Position numbers and translations under genes: made by a program
NCBI RefSeq assembly: GCF_009914755.1
Contig: NC_060933.1
Length of the DNA stretch: 64,000 nucleotides
DNA from: the human T2T-CHM13v2.0 reference genome, Homo sapiens
Strand: one strand, 5' to 3'
The notes under the pieces: generated by a model
Databases searched by the model: none
What the model was told of the DNA's origin: nothing
The model's input: the letters and a program-made list of their open reading frames with translations, nothing else
Shown here: one piece after another, positions 23,711 to 38,445 of the stretch
How positions within the stretch are numbered: the first letter of the stretch is position 1
Layout of the letters: the number at the start of each line of letters is the position of its first letter

Positions 23711-26539
23711 TTTTACTGATGATCACAATCATCTTTCTGTTTTGAATTCTAAGTCCTTCCAGTCCTTGAAAGACTGTTTCAAGTCCTTCTCTTCCTGGAA
23801 GCCTTCTTGGATAATTCCTGTCCTGGTCATCTGACAAGGAATTGGCACTTTCACTGAGCCATTTGCCGGGCCAGGAGATGGGGAGACAAAGATGACACAC
23901 ACACAACTCCCGCCTCCAAGCAAGTTACGTATGGTCCTAAGCAGAGTTCAAAGCCCCTACCCACCACTTCTTCACTGTGTGAAGTTCACTCTCCAGAGGC
24001 TCAGATTTCTCACTGATACAATGGAGACAATATTCCTTACCATCATCGGTGGTATTGAGTGTGGAAAAAAGCTGGCAGGCAGGAAGGGAGTGAGGAAAGG
24101 AAAGGAAGGGTACATAGGGAAGGAGGAAAGGAGGTAGGGACTAGAAGGGAAGAAAAAAGGGAAGTGTGAAGACCAATGCGCTCTGAGATAGGAACGAGTG
24201 GATGAATGGATGGGTGAAATAATGAACCATGTTTCTCCCTGCCATCTCCAGGTCCCACAGCCAGCCTCCTTTCGGCCCACATGCAGGATACCTGCTGCCT
24301 CATCTTTGTGGAGAGAGATTTCCTTTTCCCCCTCTTACAGCCCACTTCTCAATGAGGGAAACTTATTTGAAGGCCGCTGCTCCGAGAAATGACATCATCG
24401 GACAGAGAGCCTGCACCTTCACCCATTTACAGACATTAATAATACATGGCAAAAAGCTGCCGCTTTATTTTATTTTGTCCTCCAAGTCAAGCTCTTTAAA
24501 TCAAATATTTAAGGAGAGAATATTTACTCACACATCCTCCAGGAAGCATTTCTGGTCTTAAAGGCAAATGTGCACCGCAGCAATGGAGGGCGTGTAGGTA
24601 CAACCGTGGAGTAGTAACTCCTTTCACTTTCACAAAAACCCCGCAAGGTGCTGCGTTTAGCGTCACCAGTTTATAGATAAGGAAACTGAGGCTCATAGAG
24701 GTTACATAAAATTTCCTAAGGTGAGTCAGCTTCTGAGCAGAAGGGCATAGATTCACACCCATGCAGTCTGACTGGAGGCCACAGGATTCCCGATTCATGG
24801 TACCACCTCGCACTCAGCCTAGCTGTGAGGGGCAGGAGGCTGAGAATGATGGGTGAGCAGGCACTAGCCAGACTAGAGGTGGGTACCCATCCTTGCTGGG
24901 GCACAGCACTCACCTCTAGGAAAGTGAATGAGCATCCCATGTACTTGACATTACCCAGAGACAGTCAAGTGCAGGACATTCAGAATGTCTGCAGTGTGGG
25001 TAGGAGTGTGGTAGGAAATGAGGTCAGAGAGAAGCTGGGTTAGAACTGGAAAGACATTGAACACCAAGCTAAGGAGTTATGGCTTTATCCTTCAGGCAAT
25101 GGGAAGCCATCAGAGGGGTAGATGGGTTCAGATTCGTGCCTAAGTGAGCAGTTTGGGAGGCTTTGGGGACAATGGATTAGGGTGGAAGAACATGGCAGCA
25201 GGGATGTTGGTTATTATGATTTTGAAGCACTCCCATTTCTTGAGAACCTACTGTGCCAGGTCTGTAATGTATTTTCTCTCTAGTCTTCACCCTGTGAGGC
25301 AGGCATAATTGTCCCCATTGAACAAATGGGGAAGTACAAAGGGCATGCCCTGGGGGAAGGTCCCTTCCGTGAAGCAGCAAATTAAAGCTGCTTCTCTGTT
25401 CCCTCCCAGGTCAGCCCCCTCAGTGACCCATGACTCCCCCTAGTGCCCACCTGAAAACCAAGAACTGACAGGGATATTTGTTCCCTCACACCTGCCTTCC
25501 ATGGGTCCTTCCTGAACACCTACCGTGTGCAGGTCTCAAACCAGGCTCTAGGTAGGAGTCCTGGGCAAGACACACTTACTGCTGAATTAACCAAAAGGAA
25601 GCAGATCACTCTGAATCCTGGGCTTGCAGCCCCAGTGCCATCCCCACCCCCAACTCCTGTCCTGGGCTCTCTAAGCAATTACATCCAGGCACATTAGTGG
25701 CCACCAGCTAAATGCTGAAGTGTGTGTTTCCTGCTATAGGATCGCTTATCGCTGACTCTGCAAGGCCTGCTCTAAGTGCTCAAGAGCGGGGGAAGGGGCC
25801 TGGCAAGAGGGAGGATCAGCTCAAGAGTGGACTGCAGCCCTCCCCCCATGGAGCCCAGAGCCCCCCATATTTAAAAAGCAAGAGCTTCTGGAAAGGATTC
25901 AGGGTTGGGGGAGTCATGTTTAAATGCACTTTTAAAAGGCATCACATCAGACAATCTTTGCAAGCCACAAATGGAGAGAGGGATGGCCAGGGAAGGGAAG
26001 GGGGTCTGGTTAATGGAACAAACAGGAATTGGAGTAGAGAGCAGAATGGGGATTGTGGAAGAAAGCCAAAGCCCCTTTTTGCTTGGGACTAAGATGTCTC
26101 AGAGGGATTCCAGGTCTAAGGGACCAATCAAGTTCCATTCATATCCACATCCACATTTATTGAGAATCTACCTTGACATCAAGGTCACACGAGTGGCTGC
26201 CAGGATCACCTTGCAGCTTTGAGAATCAAATGACATTAGTTCTGACTCCCAACTCACCGGGCAGGTCAGAAACCCAAAGTCACCTCCCGCCTCCCCCTGA
26301 GCCTTCTGGGTGTAGGATTTAGATTTCGCCTGGTCTGCTCCGGCTCCTTGTGTGTGTTTCTGCTGCAATGACTCTGCTCAAGAGCTACACACATGGTCCC
26401 TTTTCCATGCAGCCTCACCCACACTAGACACACCCTAACCTCCTCTCCCTCCCCAACCAGCGTCCCTGCCCCAAGAGGCTGGAAAGGAGATAGGGAGGCA
26501 GACTTTGCTGGCAACTGGCAGAATTCCCAGTCCCTTCCT

Positions 26540-26910
26540 GCACACACATGTTCATCTAAAACACTGCCCTAGGCCTCCTCTCTTCCTGTGTGGTCTGGTC
26601 CCAACCTCTGTCTCCAGCCTCATCACAGCCCATCCACTCTTTTGCACTCTGAGATCTAGCCACTCTCATATATTCTCCATTATCTTGAATGTGCCACACT
26701 CCTTCCTGCCTCAGGACCTTTGCACAAGATGTTTGCTCTGTCTGCAATGCCCTTTCTCTATTCTTCCCCTGAAGAACTACTCAGGTCTCAGCACAAATGT
26801 CACTTACTCAGTGAAGGATTCCATAACTCCCCAAGCTAAATAATATTTCCCATCCCCTATCCACCAGTGTGTTCTATTCCTTCATTATTCTTTTGCTTTA
26901 TTGCATGTAT

Positions 26911-26944
<34 letters not shown>

Positions 26945-27050
26945 CTGTGTATGTAAAGTCTGTCTCCCACACCAGACTGCAGGCTTCGTGATGGTGGGGT
27001 TCACATGTCTAGTAGACGCTCAACAAAATGTGTTGAATGAATGAATGGTG
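26540..27050 (+). mobile_element. L2 3' fragment
   Basis: ttcctgcctcaggacctttgcaca...ctcagcacaaatgtcactt...tagtagacgctcaacaaaatgtgttgaatgaatgaatg. Confidence 0.8.
26916..26944. repeat. (TG)n microsatellite
   Basis: About 14 uninterrupted TG units. Confidence 0.95.
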
Positions 27051-27099
27051 TGTGTAGGATATATAAGTAATTTAAGAGGAGTGATAAGGATCTCTAACA

Positions 27100-27800
27100 C
27101 ATTGAAGGAGGCTTCAGGAAGAAGCCAATGCCTAAGTAGGGTTTTGAGGTACAAAAAGTACTCACTGGAGGGCTCAGATCAGAGAGCAGGTGCTGACACT
27201 CTTCGTTCTTCAGAAAGAGAAGAGCTTGAAGCCACAGAACAGAATGGGTGTTTGAGGGAACCACACATGGTGTGGTCTGACAGAGGAGTTAAATGCAAGA
27301 GAAAAGAGGATGAGGTGAAGCTGGAAAGATGGGCAGGAGATAAAGTTAGAACTTAATAACCAGACAATGAGGCAATGGGGAGCCATTGAGGGATTGTGAG
27401 CAGGACAGTGATGGGATTAGAGACCTGGTTCCACTGGGGAGGGGAAGTGGCCAGGGAGGGCTGGGCTGGGGACCACCATCGGATGGCTGTTGCAATGGCA
27501 AGGTAGTGGGTAATTGGGAGACCAGGGTGTGTGCACTGGGGTAAGGGTTCACCCAGGAGGAAGACAGACTTGCTGGAGGAGATAGATGACCTGTTTTGGG
27601 ACATGTTGAGTGGAAGGTGCCCATAGTCATCCCAATGGAGATGTCCATGAGGCCATAGGATCTATGGATCAGGAGCACCAGGGAGGTACCTAGGCCAGAA
27701 ATGCCAGTCTGGGAAGCCAGCTTGAAGGCGGCAGGTGGAGCCAAGGTCATGGGTGAGTGGACAGGAAAGATATCCAGAGGGATAGGGCTCCCTAGCTCCT
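27100..27800 (-). mobile_element. L2 fragment
   Basis: ggcaatggggagccattgagggattgtgagcagg...ttttgggacatgttgagtggaaggtgcc. Confidence 0.75.
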
Positions 27801-29454
27801 TCCAGACCCAACAATCATTGATTTTATGAGCACTGGAAGCTTGGTTTGAGAGGGGAAGGGGAGGAGTGGAGTTCATGCTCTCCGATCCAGACAGAGGAGC
27901 CGGAGGGAGCAGAGAGATGGAAGGGGCTTATTATCCTCCATCTCCTTGCACCAGGCATCACTCAGATGGGCATCTGATTGCTGGCACTAATGAAAAGGCC
28001 TGCCTGCAGCCTGGCAGCCTGGAATCAGGGGCTCACGGGATTGGGCTGGGCTGCCAAAGGCCACTGGCTCTGCCCCCAACCCTCTCCAAACCTGGTAAAG
28101 GTTTGAGCCTGATGCATCTTCAGTGGCATGTGACTGGTCTGCAGTGAGGACTTTCTTCCCAGGTGCTGGCCCTTCAGAGGGACACTGGCCAGTGGAGTTT
28201 TCACTAGCGAAGGTTAGAATCTATGTTTCATGAGGGACAAGAACAGAACTAGTGTGCTGAGGCTGAGAAGAGGAAGTCAGAAATCCCAAGAGGCTTCCCA
28301 GGGCCAGGAGAGGAAATGTGAGGGGCAGAAGGTGGGGGGTGACAGTAGAGAGCTCCCTGTTGCAGTGAGTGAAGGATATCCTGCTATAGAGAGAATCCAA
28401 ATCTTGAAGAAGAGGTAGACTAAGGTGACTCTTGGGGCCCCTTCTCTCCCTTGGATTCTAAGTCTTTACAATTCACATGCAATGTTTTTTTTTTGGGTAT
28501 CCATTATTGCATCTGATCCCCAAGGTCCAGAAAGTTCTACCTAGCATTTCAGCATATCACCTCAAACAGTCTCAGCTACATTTGCCCACATTCCTGTAGC
28601 TACAAGCATTCTGGAGCCACACATCCCCTTTAACCCAGTCCTTCCAGCCCCTCCCTCTTTGCCCCTAAACTGTTCCCCGACTATCCCATCAGTGTGGTCG
28701 TATGCAAGTTGCTTGACGCCAAGAGAATGGAAGGTGAGAGCCCAGATTTCAACATTATGCAAAAGCTAATCAATCCTATCAGACTCAGCTAATGCAACTC
28801 TCTTGTGCTTCTAGCCATAGTTTTCTGCTCAGTGTTACCAGTAACCTCCGGGAAGACTGCTTGGCCATGACTGCCCTTCTTTAAGTCACAGAGAATAATT
28901 CAAGATCTTTATAGGAAGGAGTTTTGTTGGGCTTCATTTTCATCCCCACAATGGGGTCCTGAGCTTGTGGTATTCCACCTACATAGCTGGACTGAGCTAC
29001 TCTGGAAGATGCTTGTGGGTTTGACCTGACAGCTTCTCCTACCTCCTGCCCCTTCCCTTTGGCCATGGATGTACTAGATGCCATGGGAAAAGCTCAGTGA
29101 CCACACATGAGTACTGGCTCCCCCAACCAGGACCCCAGGTGGCAGAAGGCAGGCAGACAGGTGTATGTGCTTCTGACTCATGCCCACTTGCTGCCATCTT
29201 AGAATTTAGATCCCCCAGTGGCTGCTGAGGGGTAAAGTTGCTACCTCATGGGAGAAAAGTTTGGCCCATAGGAGAAGGAAGCCAGTAGAAAAATGCTTCT
29301 GCCTTCTTCCCTTGGGCAAACTGTTTGAAGCTACAATAGACCCTCTGAAGATATCTTGCAAAGCTATTATGAACTGCACAAAACTAGTCAACTCAGTAAC
29401 ACACTCCCTTGGATTGGCAGAACTTCTCTCTTGCCTCACTGCCCTTTACCCCTT

Positions 29455-29755
<301 letters not shown>

Positions 29756-29804
29756 TTACCCCATTCTTACTTCCTTGGGATAGCTTTCCCCTGTAATGAT
29801 AATA

Positions 29805-30129
29805 CAGCCAGCCCTCCAAATCCACTAGTTCTGCATCCCGGATTCAAACAACTATGGATCAAAAACATTTGGAAAAAACAGACAATAAAAAATTACAATA
29901 CAATAAAAAATAATACAAATAAAAAGTAGACTGTAACAACTATTTGCATAGCATTTACATAGTATTAGGTATTATAAATAATCTAGAGATGATTTCAAGT
30001 AAGTGGGAGGATGTACATAGGTTATATGCAAATACCATGCCACTTTATATCAGGGACTTGAACATCCACAGATTTTTGTATTTGTCAGGGTCCTGGAATC
30101 AATTCTCCACTGATATCAAGAAATGACTA
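29805..30129 (+). mobile_element. Tigger3a/MER7-type TcMar DNA transposon
   Basis: TA-flanked; cagccagccctcc...aacaactatttgcatagcatttacatagtattaggtattata...gggaggatgtacataggttatatgcaaatacc. Confidence 0.88.
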
Positions 30130-30809
30130 TATATAAATTGCTGCCTATGGTTCTGTTTCCTTGAGAACTTGAGTTGATGGGTTACAATGTGGCTGGTGAG
30201 TTTTTCATCCCTAGAAAGAGGAAATTCTAGAATGGCAATAAGAGACTCCATCTCATTGAATTTCCCTTGCAAGGCCCACCATGGAGTCTTCTCAGGTCCA
30301 ACTTTAGTGACTTACAAGACTATCATAGGTCATCTTCAGCTCAGTCTACTCAGAAGGGTATAGGGACACTGTTCACCAACAGGATGGCATCAAGGGTTCC
30401 TAAACTACAGGAGCCCTTGAAGAAGCCCACAAAGCAATATAGCTCAAGTGCAGGGAGACAAGACCCACATCAGGCCGGCTTGAGAACCTGCCCGCCCCAC
30501 ATGAGCTAATATCCCTTGTAACTACTTCTGGGGCCAGGGTCATGGCACTCAGAGAAGCTCAAAAATATGGCCTCCTATCAGGTAACTCTCCCCAGTCACA
30601 AGTAGCTTACCAATAAGGGATCATTTCTGCCACAAGCAATACTGCCTAGTAACAAGGTTGACATATCCTTTTTATCCAGTTACCAGAGGAACAGAGCTAC
30701 CAAGTTAATGAAAGGTCAAATCTCATGCAAAACGGGAAAGTGCATTGTTAACCTCTCACCCACACCACTCATTACATGAGCTCCAGAGGTATGGAGACTT
30801 GGCAAAGAT

Positions 30810-31250
30810 CTCACGAGTCCAGGACAGGAAGTAGAAACCATCCTCGGTGTTTCACATGCAGGAAGGAATTTAATACAGGGGATTCACTAGACACAACAAG
30901 GAGCTGACATCCAAAAAGCAGAAAGTCACTGCCACTGCTGCTGACACATCTGCTCTTACCCCTCTGAGCTGGTGAGTAGAACCTGGAATACTAACTCTAC
31001 CTGCTACAAACATGCGAGTCTCTATAACTTTGCTTATGGGCAGCAATAGCAGGATGAAAATTGTCTCCTTCTCCTCCCTTTTGCCTTCCAAAGTTTCACA
31101 TGAGTGCATCTCATCAGTGGAACACACAACTTACATTCAGACCTAGCTGCAAAGGAGCCAAGGAAATGCCATTATTAGATTTCCTGGAAACTACATAGAA
31201 AAGGATGAGGATGGATGTTGAGTACCAGGTGAGATATTCAGTGTGCATAG
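30810..31250 (-). mobile_element. Old MaLR LTR (MLT1 family)
   Basis: gagtccaggacaggaagtagaaacca...gaatttaatacagggga...cctagctgcaaaggagccaaggaaatg. Confidence 0.55.
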
Positions 31251-31904
31251 CATATTAGTGGTAAATCCACTCACGATTCCCCTCTTCCAGGCCAGGCTTC
31301 TCTTTCCTTTGGCACTTCCTAGTTCATGATCCTTTCTCTCTGAGCCTTCAAGCACTGCCCCTAGCCCTTCAAACACTCCATCTTCCCTCCCAACACAACA
31401 TAATGCAGTAGCATCTGAATGTCCAGCAGCAGAACTGTATGGGTCTGGGACAAAATGGTCATAGGAGGAAAGTGGTCAGATGTTCTTTCTTAAAGCAAAT
31501 TGATCTTTTTTTCCTAGAATAATGCTCTTCCTTCATTGTTGGTGGTTTTATTTGTTTTTGGACTATTAGTAGTAGCAGTAGTATTACCATTTTTATCACT
31601 AGTATTAGTATTATCTCCTCTTCCCATACTCTCGAATCCTTAGTCTCTGCTTAACTTTTCTTAACCTTCACTCTAACATGGCTTTCAGTGCACAAAAAAA
31701 GAGAAAGACCAGGAGACTTGGGCAGCCTCTCACTGCCTGTCATGGAATCAACCAGCTTGGGGAAACTTGTGAGTGGAGGTAGGGGCAGAGTTATCTCCTG
31801 GCCCCAAGATACAGGAGGAAGAATACAGAATAGGGGAATTCAAAATCTACTTACTGCCAGGTCTGTAAACAGTAGGCTTGAGCAACCAGTAACCCTACTG
31901 AAGA

Positions 31905-32335
31905 AGGTTGTATTAATGGCCCCAATTCTTCATCTCTCCCTATATTACGACCCTTGGACATGTAACTTTGTGGGATCTGCCTATTCCAAGGAGGGAAGGG
32001 GTAAGGGGTAAGGGCAAATTCCCCATCCCATGACTCTAGGCTTGGGTCTATGACTTACTTTAACCAATGAGATGTTAGCAGGCATGATGTGACTGACCTA
32101 AGTCTTACAAAGCTACCTCTCTCAACGCCATGAGAAAGACATGCCCAAGCTAGGCCACTGTCCCCCAGGAGGAAGGCAAGAAACATATGGAACAAGCCCA
32201 CTCTCAGCCAAGCCTGGCCTGGATCACCTCATCCCAGCCAAGTCACAAATCCATGAGAATGAATCATTTTTGTTTTAAGCCACTGAGTTTTGAGCTTGTG
32301 TGTTATACCACAATGGTATATGGTTAACTGACTCA
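31905..32335 (+). mobile_element. MaLR LTR (MLT1G/H-like)
   Basis: ttaatggccccaattctt...tgacttactttaaccaatgagatgttagcag...ttttaagccactgagttttg. Confidence 0.75.
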
Positions 32336-32695
32336 TATCATGGGTCCCATCCTTCTCTTGCCTTCCCTACTGTCTCCCAAGCGCCCAGCAGCACGCCCCA
32401 CCCGCAGTCTCTCTAGGGAGACACTAATCCTAAAAATATTTCTTCCCAACTAGCAAGAGCCTCAGCATCAGGATACCTGAGTTCCAGCCCTGATGTCCCC
32501 TCATTAAACCTCAGTTTCATATCTGTTAAATACATAGAATGTGGCCAGGCAAGCTTGTATTTATAGAACACTTACCTCATGCCAGGCACTTTCTTATGCC
32601 TTTATAAAATTTGGGGAGGTAGCTGATTTTATTATTCACATTTTACAACCTAGGAAACTGAGACTCAAGGAGGCAGCATGACTCATCCAAGGTCA

Positions 32696-33058
<363 letters not shown>

Positions 33059-33089
33059 TCAAATCTAAGATTTTGAGTTGCTAAACCTA

Positions 33090-33640
33090 AAAATTGGAAT
33101 CCCGGCTCCTTCAACTTCCACTTGGAGGTTTCTTCTTTGAACATGTGTCTGGAATGCAGTGTGGGGATTTACAAGCTATACTTCCTGGACTCCTTTGCAC
33201 CTGGGGTTTAACTGTGATTAGGTTCTGCCAACCAAATGCTGCCATGCAAGCTTTGGAAGGCAGAAGAGGAGCATCACAGGGAGAGAAAATGCCTCAGCTG
33301 CCCCTTCTGCAGACAAGCCCAGTCACAGGTGTCTCTGATGCAGCTGTAGCAGAAGTCCCAGAGCTTGATCCCTCACTTTGAAGAAAGGCAGGGCTTGGGC
33401 ATCCATTCAGCCTCTCTGAATCATGGAGAGGTGGCATGGCCCTAACCTGCAGCAGCAGGGGGGCCTCTCAACCTGGCAGGCACCTGCTGACCCGGCATCA
33501 TAGCAGCAACAGCAACTCCCTTGGTGTCCCAGTTCTGTGTGTGGCTTTGGGAGATGCTCCTAAAATTTCAACCTAAAATCTGTTTTTTCAATGCTCCCAG
33601 TGATTCTGTAAGCACTGTAATAGTCTGTAAGACCCTGGGT
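33090..33640 (+). mobile_element. ERVL-class LTR (LTR16/LTR33-like)
   Basis: tgtgattaggttctgccaacca...cccagtgattctgtaagcac; subfamily uncertain. Confidence 0.5.
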
Positions 33641-35479
33641 GATTTTGTACCTGAACCCCAACCAATACAGATACAAACATCTCTCCCAACTCCTTTACTT
33701 CCACATGTCAAAACCAAGATCCAGAGAAAGCAAGGGGCTTAGCCACAATTGCCTGAGAACCGGTGTGTCCCAGACCTTCGTATTCCAAGCCTGTGCTCTT
33801 TCCACTCCACCTTCAGTAACAGAGAGAAGGAGAAAAGCCAGGGAATGTTGTGACAAGAACCCAGGAACCCTGATTTCCGGGCTTGTTTCAGACAATGATT
33901 CTATTGGTCTGGAGACATCCTTTCTTAATTTAGAAAGTTGTGTAAGTTGGCACTGAGTATTCCAAGGAAGATATTAGCCTGAAGCCTTTCTTTCCTCACT
34001 ATAATCCTCGGCAGACCCTATGTTACCTACCTGAAAAGCCCCACATTTGGCTGGACCAAAAATAGGACATTTTTGGAGAAGGCAATAAAAGTCTGACATA
34101 TTGCTTAAATACTGTAAGTATAAGTTCCAAAAGATGCATGCACTAACCAGATTTATCAATATTAAAAACCATCTCTGTGAGTATGAAAAGTGAGAATAAT
34201 TGTGGGAGGCAGCTTTTTCTTTGCTTTTTTAAAAAATCATATTATTTAATTTTTAAAGCATGTACACATTATTTTTAATAAACAACATTTAATTATTAAA
34301 ATAGTAACTTATACATATGTAAATGGTTCTATATAGTACATAAAATATATATTTAGAGATATATGACATATATGTTTTTTATGGATGTATGTGTATATAT
34401 ATACACATATTTGGAAAGTCCTAATGTCATGAGAAATGGCAGTTACATAAGTTGAGTAAATTTGGCTTTATGAAAAACTGATTTTTTTAAATGCCTGCTA
34501 TGGCAGGTAACTTCACTCCTGAATTATCTTCTTCAGAATGCAAAAACACATTTTATCTTATGCCAACTATATTTGTTTTTAAGTTTTTATGCCAGCCACC
34601 CTGGTTTACAATGAGATGTCTTTTTTATTCTTGCATTCTTCCCTATATTATTTTTGCAAGGCATGGCAAAATGGTTATGGAATGGACTTTCCATCAGTTA
34701 TCATGATGTTAAGGGCACATTTTTCTGGCTCTGGTGTAAGAAAATTCTGCATTAAACAAATCTCTACTTGCCCACAAATTTTGAAAATTTCGAGTATAGC
34801 CATTTAGCTACAGTATCATAAACCATGGCAAGCAAAGCTGCAGTTACTAAGGGCTTCCTACCCATTCACACGTGAGAGGGCAAACTGACCCCACCCTCAT
34901 TCCGCTGATCTCAGTGACATCTGACCCTCTGCTCTGGAACTTCCAGGACTGAGACCAAGGTTGGCATTCAAGGCGCTACTAAGAGTAGGTTGTCCTCAAG
35001 GCTTCTGAAGTCTGGCCCCTACTTACTTCCTCTCCTATGCCTCACTCCAGCCAAATGCACCTTCCCAATATGTCCCTAAACCATTCCTTGACTCACTCTT
35101 TCTTCTTCCTAGATTTCCCTGACATTGTCACATGTCCAGATCCTTCAAGGTGAACTACAATAATAAAAACAGCCAGTAATTCGAGCACTTGCTATGTGCC
35201 TAAGTATACGTTCAGAGATTTTGAAGCAGCAAACACTTACTGAATGACATATATATTAAGTCCTTTGCATCCATTTCCGTTTAATCTACACAACCATCGT
35301 CTAAGGTCCACCTCAGGAAAATGAGTGACAGAGTTTACTAACTTGCCCAACGTCCCCCACCTAGGAAGGACTGAATCCATAGTATGAACTGGGCAGTTCA
35401 TCATCAGAATCACGTTCTTCTTTACAACACTATATGGGGTTCTGGACAGTCGATTGGTACACTGTAAACAATTGTTGTC

Positions 35480-36530
35480 AAGGAAAAAGGCTATAAACAC
35501 CTCAAAAAGTTAAGCATAGAATTACCGTATGACCCAGCAATTCCACTCCTGGGTATATATCCAAGAGAAATGAAAGCACCTGTCCACATAGAAATGTGTA
35601 CGCTAGTGTTCATAGCAACATTATTCACAATAGCCAAAAGGTGGTAACAACACAAATGTCCATCAACAGAGGAATGGAGAAACAAATTGGGGAATAGTCA
35701 GACAATGGAATACTATCCAGCTATCAAAAGGAATTAAGTAACGATAGATACTACAGCATGAATGAACCTTGAAAGCATCCTACAATGGCCCTGTCACTAT
35801 AGGATGTTGATCAGGGAAGCTGTGCATATGTGGGGCTGGGGGATATATGGGAAACCTCTGTACCTTTTGCTCAATTTTGCTCTGAACAGAAAACTGCTCT
35901 AAAAAAATAAAGTCTATTTTTTTCAAGTTGCTGTATGAGTTTGCTAGGGCTGCCATAACAAAGTACCACAGGCTGGGTGGCTTAAACAACAAATTCATTT
36001 CTTCGTGATTCTGGAGACTAGACATCCAAAGCAAAGTGTTGGCAGTGTTGGTTTCTTCTGAGGTCTTTCCCCTTGGCTTGCGGATGGCCACTTTCTCCCT
36101 GTGTCCTCACGGGGTCTTCCCACTGTGTGTGTCTGTGTCCTAATCTCCTCTTCTTACAAGAGCCATCAATCAGGTCGGATTAGGGATCACCCTAATGACC
36201 TCAATTTAATTACTAAAGACTCTGCCTCCAAACACAGAAAACTTCTGGGGTACTGGAAGTTAGGACTTCAACATATGCCCATAACAGTCATATATTATAT
36301 GATTTCTTTTCCATGAAATGTGCAGAATAGGCAAATCCATAGAGACAGAAAGCAGACTAGTGATCACCGGGGCAGAGGAGGAGAGTGAGCACCAAATGAA
36401 TCAGGGTTTCCTTTGGGGGTGATGAAAATGTTCTGAAACTAGAAAGAGCTAATGGTTACACAGCATGATGAATCATAAGCTGTACATGGTTAATTGTATG
36501 ATATGTGAACTTCACCTCAATAAAAACAGG
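35480..36530 (+). mobile_element. L1MB 3' end carrying a nested L1MC 3' piece (~35780-35925) and an MLT1 LTR
   Basis: aattaccgtatgacccagcaattccactcctgggtatatatccaagag...aataggcaaatccatagagacagaaagcaga...cacctcaataaa. Confidence 0.85.
35932..36286 (-). mobile_element. MaLR solo LTR (MLT1A/B-like)
   Basis: tgtatgagtttgctagggctgccataacaaagtaccacaggctgggtggcttaaacaac...cccataaca. Confidence 0.88.
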
Positions 36531-37760
36531 TTAGAAAGAAAGGGGCTTCTCTGAGATTCCCATTCTTCCCCCTCCCCCGAGCCACAGTACAAGGTCTCTA
36601 TGCCTCTTCACCCAGGGTAAAGCCCGGGGCACTGAGAGACCATGGGCCTGGAGTTGTCCTAAGTATGACATAAGATTAAGTCAAGTTTGCCAAAGACAGA
36701 AGGAAGAAAATGGCCCCAATTTCAGGAGGATATAAATGAAACCAAAGCTCTGAGCAGAATATCAATCCAAAGAACCAACTGCTGTGTGTCTGAGACTGGC
36801 CAGGTATGAAGTTTATTCCTGTGTTCTGGGCCCCTTGCCAGCACTTTCTGTGAAGGCTTTGTAAATGCATCAGGCTGGCCTCACGCTCCATCCTTTGTTC
36901 TCTAAAAGGGAAACTGTTTCCCAGATTTTGCCTCAAGGTGGGGAGTCAGAAAGATGAGGGGTGCGACTACACGAGGAACATGAGCAGACTCTATTAATGC
37001 CTCCCTGGGGCCGCAGCCAGGGCCCTGCCTCCTCTGGGGCCTCAGTGGGGTTCCATGTGGTCCTGGGTCTCCTTGACCCCAGTGCCTCCCACAGGACATG
37101 GAGGTGTTTGCTTTTTCACCTGTCTGCCACTCCGCACTGGGAGGCCCTGGAGTGCAGGGACAGTGTCTCATTCTATCTTGGACCCCTGGTGACCAGAACA
37201 GGGCCTGCAACAGAAGAAATGCTCAACTAAAGTCCGAGGAAGGAAGAGAAGGTGGAAGAAAGAAAAGAAGGACGGCATTTGATAGGAAGCAGATGGCATG
37301 ATTAGAAATAATTCATGTGATCTTGGGTTCCACTCATCCCAGGCCTGGCTCCCAGGTGACCCAGGGACCTGACTCCTCTCCACCAAGGGGAGCTAAGGCC
37401 ATGATGTGCTGAGAGCCTTCAAGAAGCAGGAGGGCAGAAAGGTCCGTTCCTGGTGTCATTTTGCCATCTCCAAGTTCATGAACCTGATTTGCTACATCAG
37501 ACACATCAGACACTCCATCTCCCTCCTCCAACAGCGCCCCCACCCCAGTGACCACACACTCTCCTGGGTCTCCAGAAGTTCCCCTGAGATGAAGAACCCT
37601 TGTCCAACAATAACCTTCACCCCCCACCATGTGCCCCAGAGGTAGAGTCGGAATCTGTAGATTCCAGGGAGGACCTTGACTCACTCCTCAACAGCCCATG
37701 CCTCAGCTCCAGACTTTCCTGGGAAGCCTTCCCCTCACTCCACGCTGCTTCCTCTGTGCC

Positions 37761-38445
37761 TGTAACCAACTCCAGACTCGTTCTGCTCATTATGTCTGCA
37801 TGACAGCCAGTAAGTCAAGAAACAAGGAGTTGGAGCAAGGAAGGCAACTTTATTCTGGAAAGGCAGCAAACCAAGACGATGGCAGACTAACGTGCTAAAG
37901 AACCATCTTAAAAGTCACAATGTTCAAGCTTCTTTTATATTGAGGAGGGGGGAAAGTGGAGGTTGAGGTCAGGAGATACCTGGTGAACATTGACATTTGG
38001 GCACCAGCAGGAGTCTCAGGAAGTCTGAGACTTCTTTGTCCTTGCTCGGGTCACAATGCGCCCATAAATTTTTATACTTTTATTTTAAACTCCGGGGTAC
38101 ATGTGCAGGCTTGTTACATAGGTAAACATGTGTCATGGAGGGTTGCTGTACAGATTATTTCATCACCCAGGTATGAAGCCTGGTACCCATTAGTTATTTT
38201 TCCTGAGGCTCTCCCCCATCCTATCAATTTTTAACATAACATTGTTACTTGTGTGTATGTCCTCCTTATTTCCTCAGGGGTTACTTTTGGGAAGGGACTA
38301 TTATCATCCTTACTTTAAAGTTAAACTATAAACTAAATTCCTCCCATAGTTAGCTTGGCCTACATGCACAATGAGCAAAGACAGTTAGTTTGTGAGGTTA
38401 GGAGCAAGATGGAGTCAGCTGTGTTAGATTTCTCTCACTGTTACA
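37761..38445 (-). mobile_element. ERV1-class solo LTR (MER31/MER34-like)
   Basis: TG...CA termini; aaactaaattcctcccatagttagcttggcct...gcaagatggagtcagctgtgttagatttctctcactgttaca. The 4-bp flanks tgcc/cacc fit a CpG-decayed cgcc TSD. Confidence 0.75.
38068..38221 (-). mobile_element. 5'-truncated L1PA 3' end nested in the LTR
   Basis: ggggtacatgtgcaggcttgttacataggtaaac...cagattatttcatcacccagg; flanks cccataaattttt / cctatcaattttt. Confidence 0.85.

Noticed and set aside
27346-27876. 176-aa ORF
   Set aside because: Overlaps an L2 relic, is Pro/Ser-rich and matches no family I recognise.
33445-33465. CTCF-like gcagcaggggggcc, with similar weak hits at ~29130, ~48915 and ~60310
   Set aside because: Mismatches at core positions; such matches are expected by chance in 64 kb.
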